Below, in pieces: positions 17,210-25,143 of a stretch of 32,000 nucleotides of DNA. Numbering within the stretch: position 1 is the first letter of the stretch; each line of letters starts with the position of its first letter. Source of the stretch: Methanothermobacter thermautotrophicus str. Delta H (GTDB lineage Archaea; Methanobacteriota; Methanobacteria; Methanobacteriales; Methanothermobacteraceae); assembly GCF_000008645.1 (NCBI RefSeq), contig NC_000916.1:1200001-1232000 (forward strand), written 5' to 3'. The position numbers were made by a program, and so were the translations under genes. The notes below the pieces were generated by a model. The model saw only the letters and a program-made list of their open reading frames with translations. It did not search any database and was not told the DNA's origin.

Positions 17210-17743
17210 ATGAAGATCTGCAGAATATGCGGCTATCAGATCCCAGAAGGTGAATTCAACCTGCTGGAGGATGGCTGGGTGTGTCCCCGGTGTGGTGTTG
17301 GGAAGGAGGAACTCCAGGATTCCGCCGAGCCCCTGGGGGGTCGGGACCCCCTCATGCTTATTTTCAGGGCCATGACTGTGGGGCTCTGGAGGGTTCTGGG
17401 TAATGGATCCCAGGGAGTTACAAGGGAGATGGGGTCTGTGATTGCAGACAACATCAGGCACGGGGATGATCCCCTGAAATCAGCCGCAGACTACTTCATC
17501 GAACATGGATTTGCAGCGTCCATCAGCACAGACACTGAAAACTTTGCCCTCAATGTTAAAAACTGCAGTTTCTATGGATTCTGTTGTTCACTGGAGGAGG
17601 ATGGGGTGCTTTTATCAACCTGCCCCTATGCAAACACGGCCGCTGCAGTCCTTGAAAGGACCACGGGATACAGGTACCGTATAAAACGAAATAAGGGGGA
17701 CCATGGACACATCATTGAATTTTCACGGATATCAAAAAAATAG
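17210..17743 (+). CDS. rub: Rubredoxin-like zinc/iron knuckle fused to a V4R-like domain
   Basis: The N-terminus is CRICGY-x19-CPRCG. The C-terminal ~120 aa has a V4R-like layout (VKNCSFYGFCCSL...STCPYANTAAAVLERTTGY...GDHGHIIEF). The start lies 2 nt after the rlp stop. Confidence 0.75.
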   Translation: MKICRICGYQIPEGEFNLLEDGWVCPRCGVGKEELQDSAEPLGGRDPLMLIFRAMTVGLWRVLGNGSQGVTREMGSVIADNIRHGDDPLKSAADYFIEHGFAASISTDTENFALNVKNCSFYGFCCSLEEDGVLLSTCPYANTAAAVLERTTGYRYRIKRNKGDHGHIIEFSRISKK

Positions 17744-17793
17744 GTAGGGTTCCGAGATTAACTTCACAACGGTGCCACCGAAGCCCCTCTGAT

Positions 17794-18546
17794 TCAGAAA
17801 TCAGCATAGGGTCTCTCCATACCCGCACGCTTCAGTATATCCTCCGCATGTTTGAGGGACCCGTCGCTGCCATCAACCAGGAGGTGGACGGCTCCCTCAG
17901 CCCCCTGGACGCCTCCAGCTGCAACAGGCTCTGCATCCACACCCGCCAGAAGCCTGAGGGCGTCCACCTCTGTGAAGACCTCGCCGGGTACAGGTAACAT
18001 TCCGGGACCCTCAGTGCCGGCTGAATTCATTCGGAGCGCTGTACTGTAAAGGTCGCCTGGTATCATCTTTTCAAGTCCAACCGGGACTATGAGCTCTGTT
18101 TTCCTGCCAGCAGCTGCCTGAAGTGCTGGAAACACTGTGCCGCCCATGGGGTGACCTATGTAGACCGCTGCCCTCCCTGAGCTGTATTCAAGGGCATTGG
18201 CTCCCTTGAGTATCAGGTCCCCCCTTCCAAGTTCATCTGCCACATCAAAGATTGTAATTCCACGATCCCATCTGCCCCTGCGGATTACCACATCACCCAG
18301 GAATTCATGGCCGGTACCATCCGCCCTGAAATAGGGGGGCCTTATGATTCCCCTGTGAAATCCGCGACGGTCAAAACCGTCCTCTCCCAGCTGTCCAAGG
18401 ATCTCCTCTGCTATGTAACCATTGGTTGTCCCGGCGATTATGACCAGGGTGCCCCCCTCAAGCACCCTCCTGATGGATGGATGTTCAAGCATTCCCCATG
18501 CAATTAGACGTTTACCCGCCGCTGGGGTCACCAGGAACTGTTTCAT
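17794..18546 (-). CDS. Conserved hypothetical protein (weak LUD/LutC-like resemblance)
   Basis: The ATG at 18546 lies 5 nt after the nox stop; the ORF track gives a TTG at 18555. The segment ELIVPVGLEKMIPGDL recalls LUD-domain proteins. This is a by-eye match only. Confidence 0.55.
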   Translation of the reverse strand: MKQFLVTPAAGKRLIAWGMLEHPSIRRVLEGGTLVIIAGTTNGYIAEEILGQLGEDGFDRRGFHRGIIRPPYFRADGTGHEFLGDVVIRRGRWDRGITIFDVADELGRGDLILKGANALEYSSGRAAVYIGHPMGGTVFPALQAAAGRKTELIVPVGLEKMIPGDLYSTALRMNSAGTEGPGMLPVPGEVFTEVDALRLLAGVDAEPVAAGGVQGAEGAVHLLVDGSDGSLKHAEDILKRAGMERPYADF

Positions 18547-18551
18547 CTCAA

Positions 18552-19904
18552 TCAATCCTGTGGTCTGCCATTCACCCTTTTCAGTTTTTCACAGGCATCC
18601 TCTGCTGCAAGGATTATGGGGTCTATGACCATTGAGACCGGGGGCGCGTAGGAGAACTCAGTCTCTGAGAGCTCAGAACACGTGAGTCCCTGGGATATGG
18701 CCAGGGACATGGTATCAACCCTCTCAGCGACCCTCTCCTTTGCAACCATCTGGCATCCTATTATCCTTCCCCTGAGGTCACATATCATCTTAACATCTAT
18801 CCTCTCGGCACCCGGGTAATACCTGGCCTTTGTGAGGGCCCTCTTCTTACCTGATACCACCTTTATACCGTTCTGGAGGGCCATGACCTCTGTGAGGCCC
18901 ACTGCACCAAATTCAAGTTCCCCTATCTTTGATACCATTGCATTGAGGACCGGTCTGAACCTTGCATCCATCCCCACTATGTTCTTTGCAGCCACCCTGG
19001 CCTGTCTGACGGCAGTTGAACCCAGGGGTGACTGGGTCCTGAAGCCCGTGACTGCATCGTATACCTCAACACAGTCACCTACCGCGTATATGTCAGGCAC
19101 GCTTGTCTGCATCCTGTCATTTACCTTGACTGCCCACTGTCCAATTTCACATCCTGCCATCCTGGCAAGCTTTGTCTCAGGCCTCACGCCCGTCGCCAGG
19201 ACCACGAGATCCGCCTCAAGGCACTCATCTCCGACCACAACGCCCTCAACCCTCTCATCACCCACTATCCTGTCAAGGGCCTTGCCGAGGATGACCCTGA
19301 TGCCCTTCTCCTCAAGGTAGCCCTGGACTATGGCTGCCATGTCCGGGTCCAGGGATCTCGGGACTATCTGGGGGAGCATCTCGGTGACGGTGACCTCAAG
19401 GCCCATCCTCAGGAGGCCATAGGCTATCTCAAGGCCTATGAGTCCAGCGCCCACCACCACTGCCCTCTTACTTTTTGATGCCCATTCGGTTATCCTTTCA
19501 CCGTCTGTGAGGGTCCTTATGGTGAAGACTCCTTCAAGGTCTGTGCCCTCCACCGGTGGTATGAAGGGTGAGCCGCCGGTTGCAAGGACAAGGACGTCGT
19601 AGGGTATCTCCCTGAGCCCGTCCTTTCCCCTGTAGGTTACAGTCTTTTTTTGAGGATCTATGGCCTCGACCTCTGTTTCCGTGAGGATATCTATGTTCCT
19701 CTCCCTGTAGTCCTCTGGCCTGTGCATAACTATATCATCAAAGCATTCAACCTCACCGCACATAACGTAGGGTATTGCGCAGGGGGAATATGCCACATGT
19801 TTATCACGGGTTATGACCTTTATATCTGCGTCCTTATCATGTTTCCTTATATTGGAGGCCGTTGAAAGTCCTCCGGCCCCGCCGCCAACTATAACAACTC
19901 TCAT
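18552..19904 (-). CDS. FAD-dependent pyridine nucleotide-disulfide oxidoreductase, NADH oxidase / CoA-disulfide reductase type
   Basis: 450-aa ORF with VVIVGGGAGG (FAD), a single redox Cys in YSPCAIPY, AVVVGAGLIGLE (NAD(P)H) and YAVGDC. Confidence 0.88.
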   Translation of the reverse strand: MRVVIVGGGAGGLSTASNIRKHDKDADIKVITRDKHVAYSPCAIPYVMCGEVECFDDIVMHRPEDYRERNIDILTETEVEAIDPQKKTVTYRGKDGLREIPYDVLVLATGGSPFIPPVEGTDLEGVFTIRTLTDGERITEWASKSKRAVVVGAGLIGLEIAYGLLRMGLEVTVTEMLPQIVPRSLDPDMAAIVQGYLEEKGIRVILGKALDRIVGDERVEGVVVGDECLEADLVVLATGVRPETKLARMAGCEIGQWAVKVNDRMQTSVPDIYAVGDCVEVYDAVTGFRTQSPLGSTAVRQARVAAKNIVGMDARFRPVLNAMVSKIGELEFGAVGLTEVMALQNGIKVVSGKKRALTKARYYPGAERIDVKMICDLRGRIIGCQMVAKERVAERVDTMSLAISQGLTCSELSETEFSYAPPVSMVIDPIILAAEDACEKLKRVNGRPQD

Positions 19905-19949
19905 CTATCCCCTTCTCCTAGGAGTTATCGGTTATAGGTCTCTTCTTCA

Positions 19950-19978
19950 TTTTATAAATAATTCAGATATATTTATAA
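19950..19978. promoter_or_regulatory. Back-to-back TATA boxes for the divergent nox and arsC-like units
   Basis: TTTATAAAT (19950-19958) and ATTTATAAA (19970-19978) form a 9-bp inverted repeat with an 11-nt spacer. Each lies ~50 nt from its start codon. Confidence 0.55.
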
Positions 19979-20028
19979 ATTTGGATACATCAATAGATCT
20001 GTGTGGTAGTTATAAGGGAGCATCAAAC

Positions 20029-20421
20029 ATGAAGAGTAAGGTTCTATTCATATGCAGGAACAACTCCGGGAGGTCCCAGATGGCTGAGGGGATACTCAGG
20101 GCCATGTACGGTGCCCACTATGAGGTCCACAGTGCCGGCAGTGACCCGAAGGATATCAGCCCCCTCACCATACAGGTCATGGAGGAGATTGGTGTGGACA
20201 TGACTGGCCACAGACCAAAGAGTCTCAGGGAATTTGAGGGCGAAAAATTTGACATCGTTGCAAGCCTCTGCGATGAGGCATGCCCTGTATTCCTGGGTGG
20301 TGAGAGGTACCTTCATGCTGAATTCCCTGACCCGAGGGGTGCAGATATTGACACCCTCAGAAGGATCCGTGATGAAATCTCTGACTGGATAAAGAAGGAG
20401 TTCAACCCTGAAAAACTGTGA
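20029..20421 (+). CDS. Low-molecular-weight phosphotyrosine phosphatase / ArsC-type thiol reductase family protein
   Basis: It has the CX5R(S) P-loop [11 protein letters not shown] and a second Cys pair in SLCDEACP. An AAGGGAG site precedes the ATG at 20029. The ORF-track start at 19813 runs through the promoter. Confidence 0.8.
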   Translation: MKSKVLFICRNNSGRSQMAEGILRAMYGAHYEVHSAGSDPKDISPLTIQVMEEIGVDMTGHRPKSLREFEGEKFDIVASLCDEACPVFLGGERYLHAEFPDPRGADIDTLRRIRDEISDWIKKEFNPEKL

Positions 20422-20443
20422 TTTACTAAAGGAGAGTGATTTA

Positions 20444-21091
20444 ATGATTAAGGTTGCCATCGTAACAGACGGGCCCTACGGTGAAAGGGCCTATGAGAAC
20501 ATAGCCCGTGAATTCGAGACCATGTTCATTGAACTTGAGGCTCCCTCTGGAATATTTGCAGATGAGGTTGATATACCCGCCGATAAACTCAAGGCCATAA
20601 GGTCAGCGGACATTGTGATAACCTACATACTCCACCCGGACCTCACCCTCGAACTCGTTGATGAGATTCATGGGGATGTTGACTGGATCATCATAGGGGC
20701 CTGGAGGGGTGATGGCTTCAGGAACCAGCTCCTGAGTTACGGCAATCTGACAGCCCCTGAGAACATGTGCGACCTGGAGGAGAACGGTAACCCCTCATTT
20801 GATGAATTCGTGTCAAGGTTTGGAAGGCCCCTGGTGGAGGTGGACCTTGAAGGTGACACGGTTAAGGAGATAAGGGTTCTGAGGTCCTCACCCTGTGGAG
20901 CCACGCTCTTCGTCGCAGAGGAGCTTACCGGTGAGGATGCTCAGGATCTCCCATTAAAGGCCGGGCTTAAGATACAGCACTACCCCTGCCGTGCCCCGAA
21001 AATGAGACTATTTTCAGATGACGAGTGCAAGAAGGAGATGGCTGCCAGGATGCACAGTGAGGCCTTCGAGAGGGCCATTGGAGTGAAATAG
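20444..21091 (+). CDS. DUF166-like conserved hypothetical protein with conserved cysteines
   Basis: 215-aa ORF. The N-terminus [16 protein letters not shown] and the Cys contexts ENMCD, SSPCG and HYPCRAP recall the archaeal DUF166 family. This comes from memory and is not a search result. Confidence 0.5.
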   Translation: MIKVAIVTDGPYGERAYENIAREFETMFIELEAPSGIFADEVDIPADKLKAIRSADIVITYILHPDLTLELVDEIHGDVDWIIIGAWRGDGFRNQLLSYGNLTAPENMCDLEENGNPSFDEFVSRFGRPLVEVDLEGDTVKEIRVLRSSPCGATLFVAEELTGEDAQDLPLKAGLKIQHYPCRAPKMRLFSDDECKKEMAARMHSEAFERAIGVK

Positions 21092-21199
21092 ACCTCCATT
21101 GATCAGCTGAACAGTCTAAGGGGAAATAAAGTCAACACCAATAAACTATCATTATTATTCATAATAAATTATTTATTTAAGGGACATCAAGATAGAACC

Positions 21200-21565
21200 A
21201 TGGAAAAAAAGATCCTCACAATAGTCGTCACAGAGGGACCATACCGTTACCAGTATGCAGATATAGCATTTGAAATGGCTGAAAGTGCCATCAAAAATGG
21301 TTACGACGTCAGAATATTCCTCTACATGGACGGGACGCATATACCGAAAAGGAACCAGGCCCCCCAGTCATTCCCCAACAGTGCAGAAAGGCTCAGGTCG
21401 CTGGTGAAGAAGGGTGTGAAGGTAACATCCTGCATAAGATGTTCCACGGCGAGGGGATACACCTGCTCAGAAAGGCCCTACATAAGGGGTGTTGAAATAA
21501 AGAGCGTTTACGATCTTGGAGAATGGGTAAAGGATAGTCACAGAGTGATAACCCTGGGATGTTAA
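21200..21565 (+). CDS. DsrE/TusD-like sulfur-relay protein
   Basis: 121-aa ORF with a DsrE-type layout (ILTIVVTEGPY...) and Cys-bearing SCIRCSTARG at the position of the TusD/DsrE active-site Cys. Confidence 0.78.
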   Translation: MEKKILTIVVTEGPYRYQYADIAFEMAESAIKNGYDVRIFLYMDGTHIPKRNQAPQSFPNSAERLRSLVKKGVKVTSCIRCSTARGYTCSERPYIRGVEIKSVYDLGEWVKDSHRVITLGC

Positions 21566-21566
21566 C

Positions 21567-21923
21567 ATGAAATCCGCGCTCATAATAATAGACAGGGCCC
21601 CCTACGGATATGAAAACGCCTTCAGTGGCCTCTATGTTGTCATAGCATGTCTGAACAGTTCACTGGATACTGATGTCCTTCTAATCGAGGATGGTGTCTA
21701 TGCCGCAGTGGCTGATCAGGTCTCAGAGGCCATCGACTACCCCAATGTTGAGGAACTCACCTACCTCATCTTCCCGGAGGGCAGTGTCTTTGTGCATGAA
21801 AGATCCCTGAAGGAGAGGGGTCTTGAGGAGGATGACCTTGTGGAGGCAGCCGAAGTCATAGACGATACCGAACTGTATGAAATATTCAGGCTGAAGAGGG
21901 ATACTGCGATTATGAAGATATGA
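21567..21923 (+). CDS. DsrF/TusC-like sulfur-relay protein
   Basis: 118-aa ORF with ALIIIDRAPYGYEN... and VHERSLKERGL. The start lies 1 nt after the dsrE-like stop. Confidence 0.72.
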   Translation: MKSALIIIDRAPYGYENAFSGLYVVIACLNSSLDTDVLLIEDGVYAAVADQVSEAIDYPNVEELTYLIFPEGSVFVHERSLKERGLEEDDLVEAAEVIDDTELYEIFRLKRDTAIMKI

Positions 21924-21929
21924 GGTGTC

Positions 21930-22532
21930 ATGATGGAGAGGGATGAAGTTAAAAGGGAGGTCCGGCCCCAGGGATCCCTTGTAAAGGAGGTCACCCTCAA
22001 GCAGGTGAAACCCTGCATTGCGGCTGAAGGTAAAATAAGGGTTCTCATGGAGCTTGACTCAGAAATAGGGGATATCATACCTTTGATTGCAAACATGTAC
22101 CCCCCAGGTGTTGTAAACTATGTCAGGAAGAAGAACATACTCACACTAACAATTTATGACCGTATAATAAGTCTATACCCCTCGGGCAAAATCAGCATGA
22201 ACAAGACCCATGATGTTGAGGAAGCATTTGAAATCGCCGGGGAACTGATGGACAGGATTAACAGGGCCCATGATTCAGGGGGAGATGGGTCTGATTCGCG
22301 GGATATGAGCCGAATCGGCCCCATGGATGTGCACAGATGCCTGCCAGGTAGCAACTGCGGTGACTGCGGTGAATCCACGTGCATGGCATTTGCAATGAAG
22401 CTGCTCAACGGTGAACAGAAGCTTGACAGCTGCCTGCCACTGAAGGAGCCATGGATGCAGGAAAAGGTCCAGTGCCTTGAGAAACTGCTCGGTGAAGAAA
22501 TGATGGAGACCCTTGGCTGGAGCGGTTACTGA
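21930..22532 (+). CDS. Fe-S protein: unknown N-terminal domain + corrinoid-Fe-S-protein/RnfB-type [4Fe-4S] domain
   Basis: 200-aa ORF. The C-terminal block CLPGSNCGDCGESTCMAFAMKLLNGEQKLDSC has the spacing C-x5-C-x2-C-x4-C-x16-C. Confidence 0.7.
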   Translation: MMERDEVKREVRPQGSLVKEVTLKQVKPCIAAEGKIRVLMELDSEIGDIIPLIANMYPPGVVNYVRKKNILTLTIYDRIISLYPSGKISMNKTHDVEEAFEIAGELMDRINRAHDSGGDGSDSRDMSRIGPMDVHRCLPGSNCGDCGESTCMAFAMKLLNGEQKLDSCLPLKEPWMQEKVQCLEKLLGEEMMETLGWSGY

Positions 22533-22855
22533 TGGGATCTGTGGGTTTTCTCGTGACAAAGAGCCCTTCAGAGCTCAGCTTCAAAACATTTCTGGACCTC
22601 GTGGATATCTGGTGCGAAGAGTACCTGAAGGTGTATCTGATATCAAATGGAATATATGCTGCAATGGAAGGAAACAGGTACTCCCACACCATCCGGGAGA
22701 TTTCAAGGACCGGGAATGTTTTTGCAAGGAAGGAAGATCTAATGGCAAGGGGTATAACCCGAGAAATGCTCATAGATGGTGTGGAAGTACTTGAAGGCCT
22801 TGACAGGGTGGTTGTTGATATAATGGAAAACCTGGATATGGTCTTCACATTTTAA
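22532..22855 (+). CDS. DsrH/TusB-like small sulfur-relay protein
   Basis: 107-aa ORF. The call rests on size, the FLVTKSP...VYLISNGIYAA layout and its position after the dsrE/F-like genes. The start overlaps the preceding stop (TGATG). A T6 run follows at 22871-22876. Confidence 0.6.
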   Translation: MGSVGFLVTKSPSELSFKTFLDLVDIWCEEYLKVYLISNGIYAAMEGNRYSHTIREISRTGNVFARKEDLMARGITREMLIDGVEVLEGLDRVVVDIMENLDMVFTF

Positions 22856-22918
22856 TCAATCTACTTCTAATTTTTTGGCTTCCTTCCACCCCTTATACCT
22901 CCACGGGATACCATACGC

Positions 22919-24904
22919 TCACCTCCATATCGTTAATTGATGAATGCCTGGACTCAATAGCCGAGTAGGGTGCCGGCAGTGTATATGATGAAGGAGGCTA
23001 TCCAGGCCACGAACACTGAGTATAACGGTGAGAAGAGGGCCCACCTCTTGCCTTACTCCTTCTTTATATAATATCAGTGTCGCCAGGCAGGGTGTATAGA
23101 GCAGCACGAATACCATGAACGACAGAGCCTCCAGTGGTGTGAAGGCGCCCTGTATGCTTGCTGCGATATTAGCTGCCCCGTGGACCGTTCCGAAGGTGCT
23201 TATGACAAGCTCCTTTGCCGCGAAACCAGATAGAATTGCGACCGCGGACTGCCAGTCACCGAATCCCAGGGGATGGAATATGGGTGCCATGATGGAGCCC
23301 AGGGTCCCGAGTATGGACGAGGAAACATTTCCACCCGGGAACCCTGAAAGGAACCATATGATCACCGAACCTGCAAATATTATGGTCCCGGCCTTCTTTA
23401 TGAACTGGATGCCTCTGTGGTACGTGTGAATCAGGAGAGTCCTGGGCCTCGGAAGCCTGTATGGTGGAAGCTCCATCAGGAAGAGGAAACCTTCACCCAT
23501 GACCACTTCACCCAGCAGACGGGCGGTTATGATCGCCACTGCAATTCCCAGGATGTAGAGGAAAAATATGACCCATCCCTGATAGATGAGGGGGAAGAGG
23601 GCTGACGTGAAGAGCACGTAGACAGGGAGCCTGGCACTGCATGACATGAAGGGTATCATGAGGCTTGTGAGAATCCTCTCCCTCTCAGATCCTATGGTCC
23701 TTGTTGCCATTACCCCCGGGACACAGCACCCGAAGCCAAGCATCATGGGGATGAATGACCTGCCGCTTAGACCCGCCACTGAATTCATTACACGATCCAT
23801 GACAAAGGCTGCCCTTGCCAGGTACCCTGAATCCTCAAGGAAGGTGAGGAGGAGGAAGAGTATGAAGATGTTCGGTGTGAAGACGAGGACCGATCCAACA
23901 CCTCCTATCACACCATCTGCCAGGAGGGACCCTGCAGCTGAGTCTCCAAGGGCGCCCTGAACTGCTCCTGCAAGGTGGGAAACACCAGCATCAATCAGCT
24001 CTGTAAGTGGAGCCCCTGCAGTGAAGGTGAGCTGGAAGATCAGCCACATCACCCCCAGGAGAATCGGGAGCCCCAAGTACCTGTTAAGTACAGCGCGATC
24101 TATAAGTTCAGAGACCGTTACCCTGTCAAGGGAGGGTCTCGTGAGGGACCTCTCCAGGAGTCCCTCTATGAGGCCGTACCTTGCATCTGACACCAGGATG
24201 TCCGCATCAGCAGAGTGCTCCTCCTCAAGGATCCTTCTGATCCTCTCAAATTCCTTGATGAGGTCCTCACCAACCATTGAGGCAACCCTTTTATCCCCTT
24301 CAAGAAGTTTTATTATGATCCATTCAGCTGGAAAATCTGCCTCAACGTCTTCAAGAAGTTCCCTGAATTCCTTAATAGCATCTGACCTCAAAAATTCATA
24401 TCTGATCTGTGGAGGGTTACTATTCACCTGTCTTATGGCTGCTTCAAGCAATTCATCCTGATTTCCTTCAATGGCCTCCACCTTTATGACCGGCACCCCC
24501 AGCAGTTCCTCAAGTCTCTTCTCATCAAGCCTGTATCCCTTCCTCTCTGATTCACGGTTGAGGTTCACTGCGATGATGGTGTTGAGGCCGAACTCGAGGA
24601 TCTGAAGTGTGAGGTAGAGGTTCCTCTCAAGATTGGATGCATCAACAACACTGATTATGAGGTCCGGTCTCTCATCAAGGAGATAATCAACGACCACCTC
24701 CTCCTCGGGAGATCCCGCTGTTAGACTGTAGGTTCCTGGGAGATCTGTAATTTCAATATCATTTTCCCTGAAGTTCAGGTATCCTGTTTTCTTTTCAACA
24801 GTCTTCCCTGGCCAGTTTCCAACGTGCTGATTGAGTCCCGTAAGGTTATTGAAGAGGGTGCTCTTTCCAACATTCGGGTTTCCTGCAAGTGCTATTCTGA
24901 GCAT
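22919..24904 (-). CDS. feoB: Ferrous iron transporter FeoB (C-terminus apparently frameshifted near 23053)
   Basis: The G-domain motifs are GNPNVGKST and DLPGTYSL, followed by a long polytopic membrane domain. The canonical last helix is encoded in the +1 frame and ends at 22954 (see findings). Confidence 0.9.
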   Translation of the reverse strand: MLRIALAGNPNVGKSTLFNNLTGLNQHVGNWPGKTVEKKTGYLNFRENDIEITDLPGTYSLTAGSPEEEVVVDYLLDERPDLIISVVDASNLERNLYLTLQILEFGLNTIIAVNLNRESERKGYRLDEKRLEELLGVPVIKVEAIEGNQDELLEAAIRQVNSNPPQIRYEFLRSDAIKEFRELLEDVEADFPAEWIIIKLLEGDKRVASMVGEDLIKEFERIRRILEEEHSADADILVSDARYGLIEGLLERSLTRPSLDRVTVSELIDRAVLNRYLGLPILLGVMWLIFQLTFTAGAPLTELIDAGVSHLAGAVQGALGDSAAGSLLADGVIGGVGSVLVFTPNIFILFLLLTFLEDSGYLARAAFVMDRVMNSVAGLSGRSFIPMMLGFGCCVPGVMATRTIGSERERILTSLMIPFMSCSARLPVYVLFTSALFPLIYQGWVIFFLYILGIAVAIITARLLGEVVMGEGFLFLMELPPYRLPRPRTLLIHTYHRGIQFIKKAGTIIFAGSVIIWFLSGFPGGNVSSSILGTLGSIMAPIFHPLGFGDWQSAVAILSGFAAKELVISTFGTVHGAANIAASIQGAFTPLEALSFMVFVLLYTPCLATLILYKEGVRQEVGPLLTVILSVRGLDSLLHHIHCRHPTRLLSPGIHQLTIWR

Positions 24905-24906
24905 TT

Positions 24907-25134
24907 TTAATCCCTTACCCCTATCCTCGATGCTTCTCCCTTACGGATGGAAAAGGGATGGCCCTTCACCCTAACCTTCAGGGGGTCTCCCAGGGGTGCA
25001 GAGTTCTCAACAGTGACCCTGGATCCCCTTAATAGCCCCATAACAGTTAATCTTTGCCTTATATCCCCTGGAAGGTTAACGGATGTCACAGTCACAGTCG
25101 TGCCTTCCTTTATTCTGTCGAGTGTTGTTTCCAT
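24907..25134 (-). CDS. feoA: FeoA
   Basis: 75-aa SH3-like FeoA pattern (RQRLTVMGLLRGSRVTV). Its stop lies 2 nt before the feoB start. Confidence 0.85.
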   Translation of the reverse strand: METTLDRIKEGTTVTVTSVNLPGDIRQRLTVMGLLRGSRVTVENSAPLGDPLKVRVKGHPFSIRKGEASRIGVRD

Positions 25135-25143
25135 GATACCACC

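Noticed and set aside
16886-17461. 191-aa and 72-aa minus-strand ORFs across rlp/rub
   Set aside because: They are antisense to two motif-supported genes, and their translations are Ser/Pro/Leu-rich.
19813-20028. N-terminal extension of the ArsC-like ORF (202-aa version)
   Set aside because: The extension runs through the divergent TATA elements and overlaps nox. The ATG at 20029 has an AAGGGAG site and gives the normal family N-terminus ([16 protein letters not shown]).
21163-21177. AT-only palindrome AATAAATtATTTATT upstream of the dsrE-like gene as a specific operator
   Set aside because: It is composed only of A and T within a TATA-like region, so it cannot be told apart from a basal promoter element.
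22154-22848. Minus-strand ORFs (84, 94 and 147 aa) and the + strand ORF 22513-22794 overlapping the Fe-S and dsrH-like genes
   Set aside because: They are alternative-frame or antisense ORFs without motifs. The chosen frames give translationally coupled genes with family-like sequence.
23040-23060. Programmed +1 ribosomal frameshift in feoB
   Set aside because: The site (GTA-AGG-C) offers no P-site re-pairing in the +1 frame, and AGG is not expected to be a rare codon in this kind of genome. An indel or sequencing error is more parsimonious.
23115-24461. Multiple + strand ORFs inside feoB
   Set aside because: They are antisense to feoB and have no motifs.
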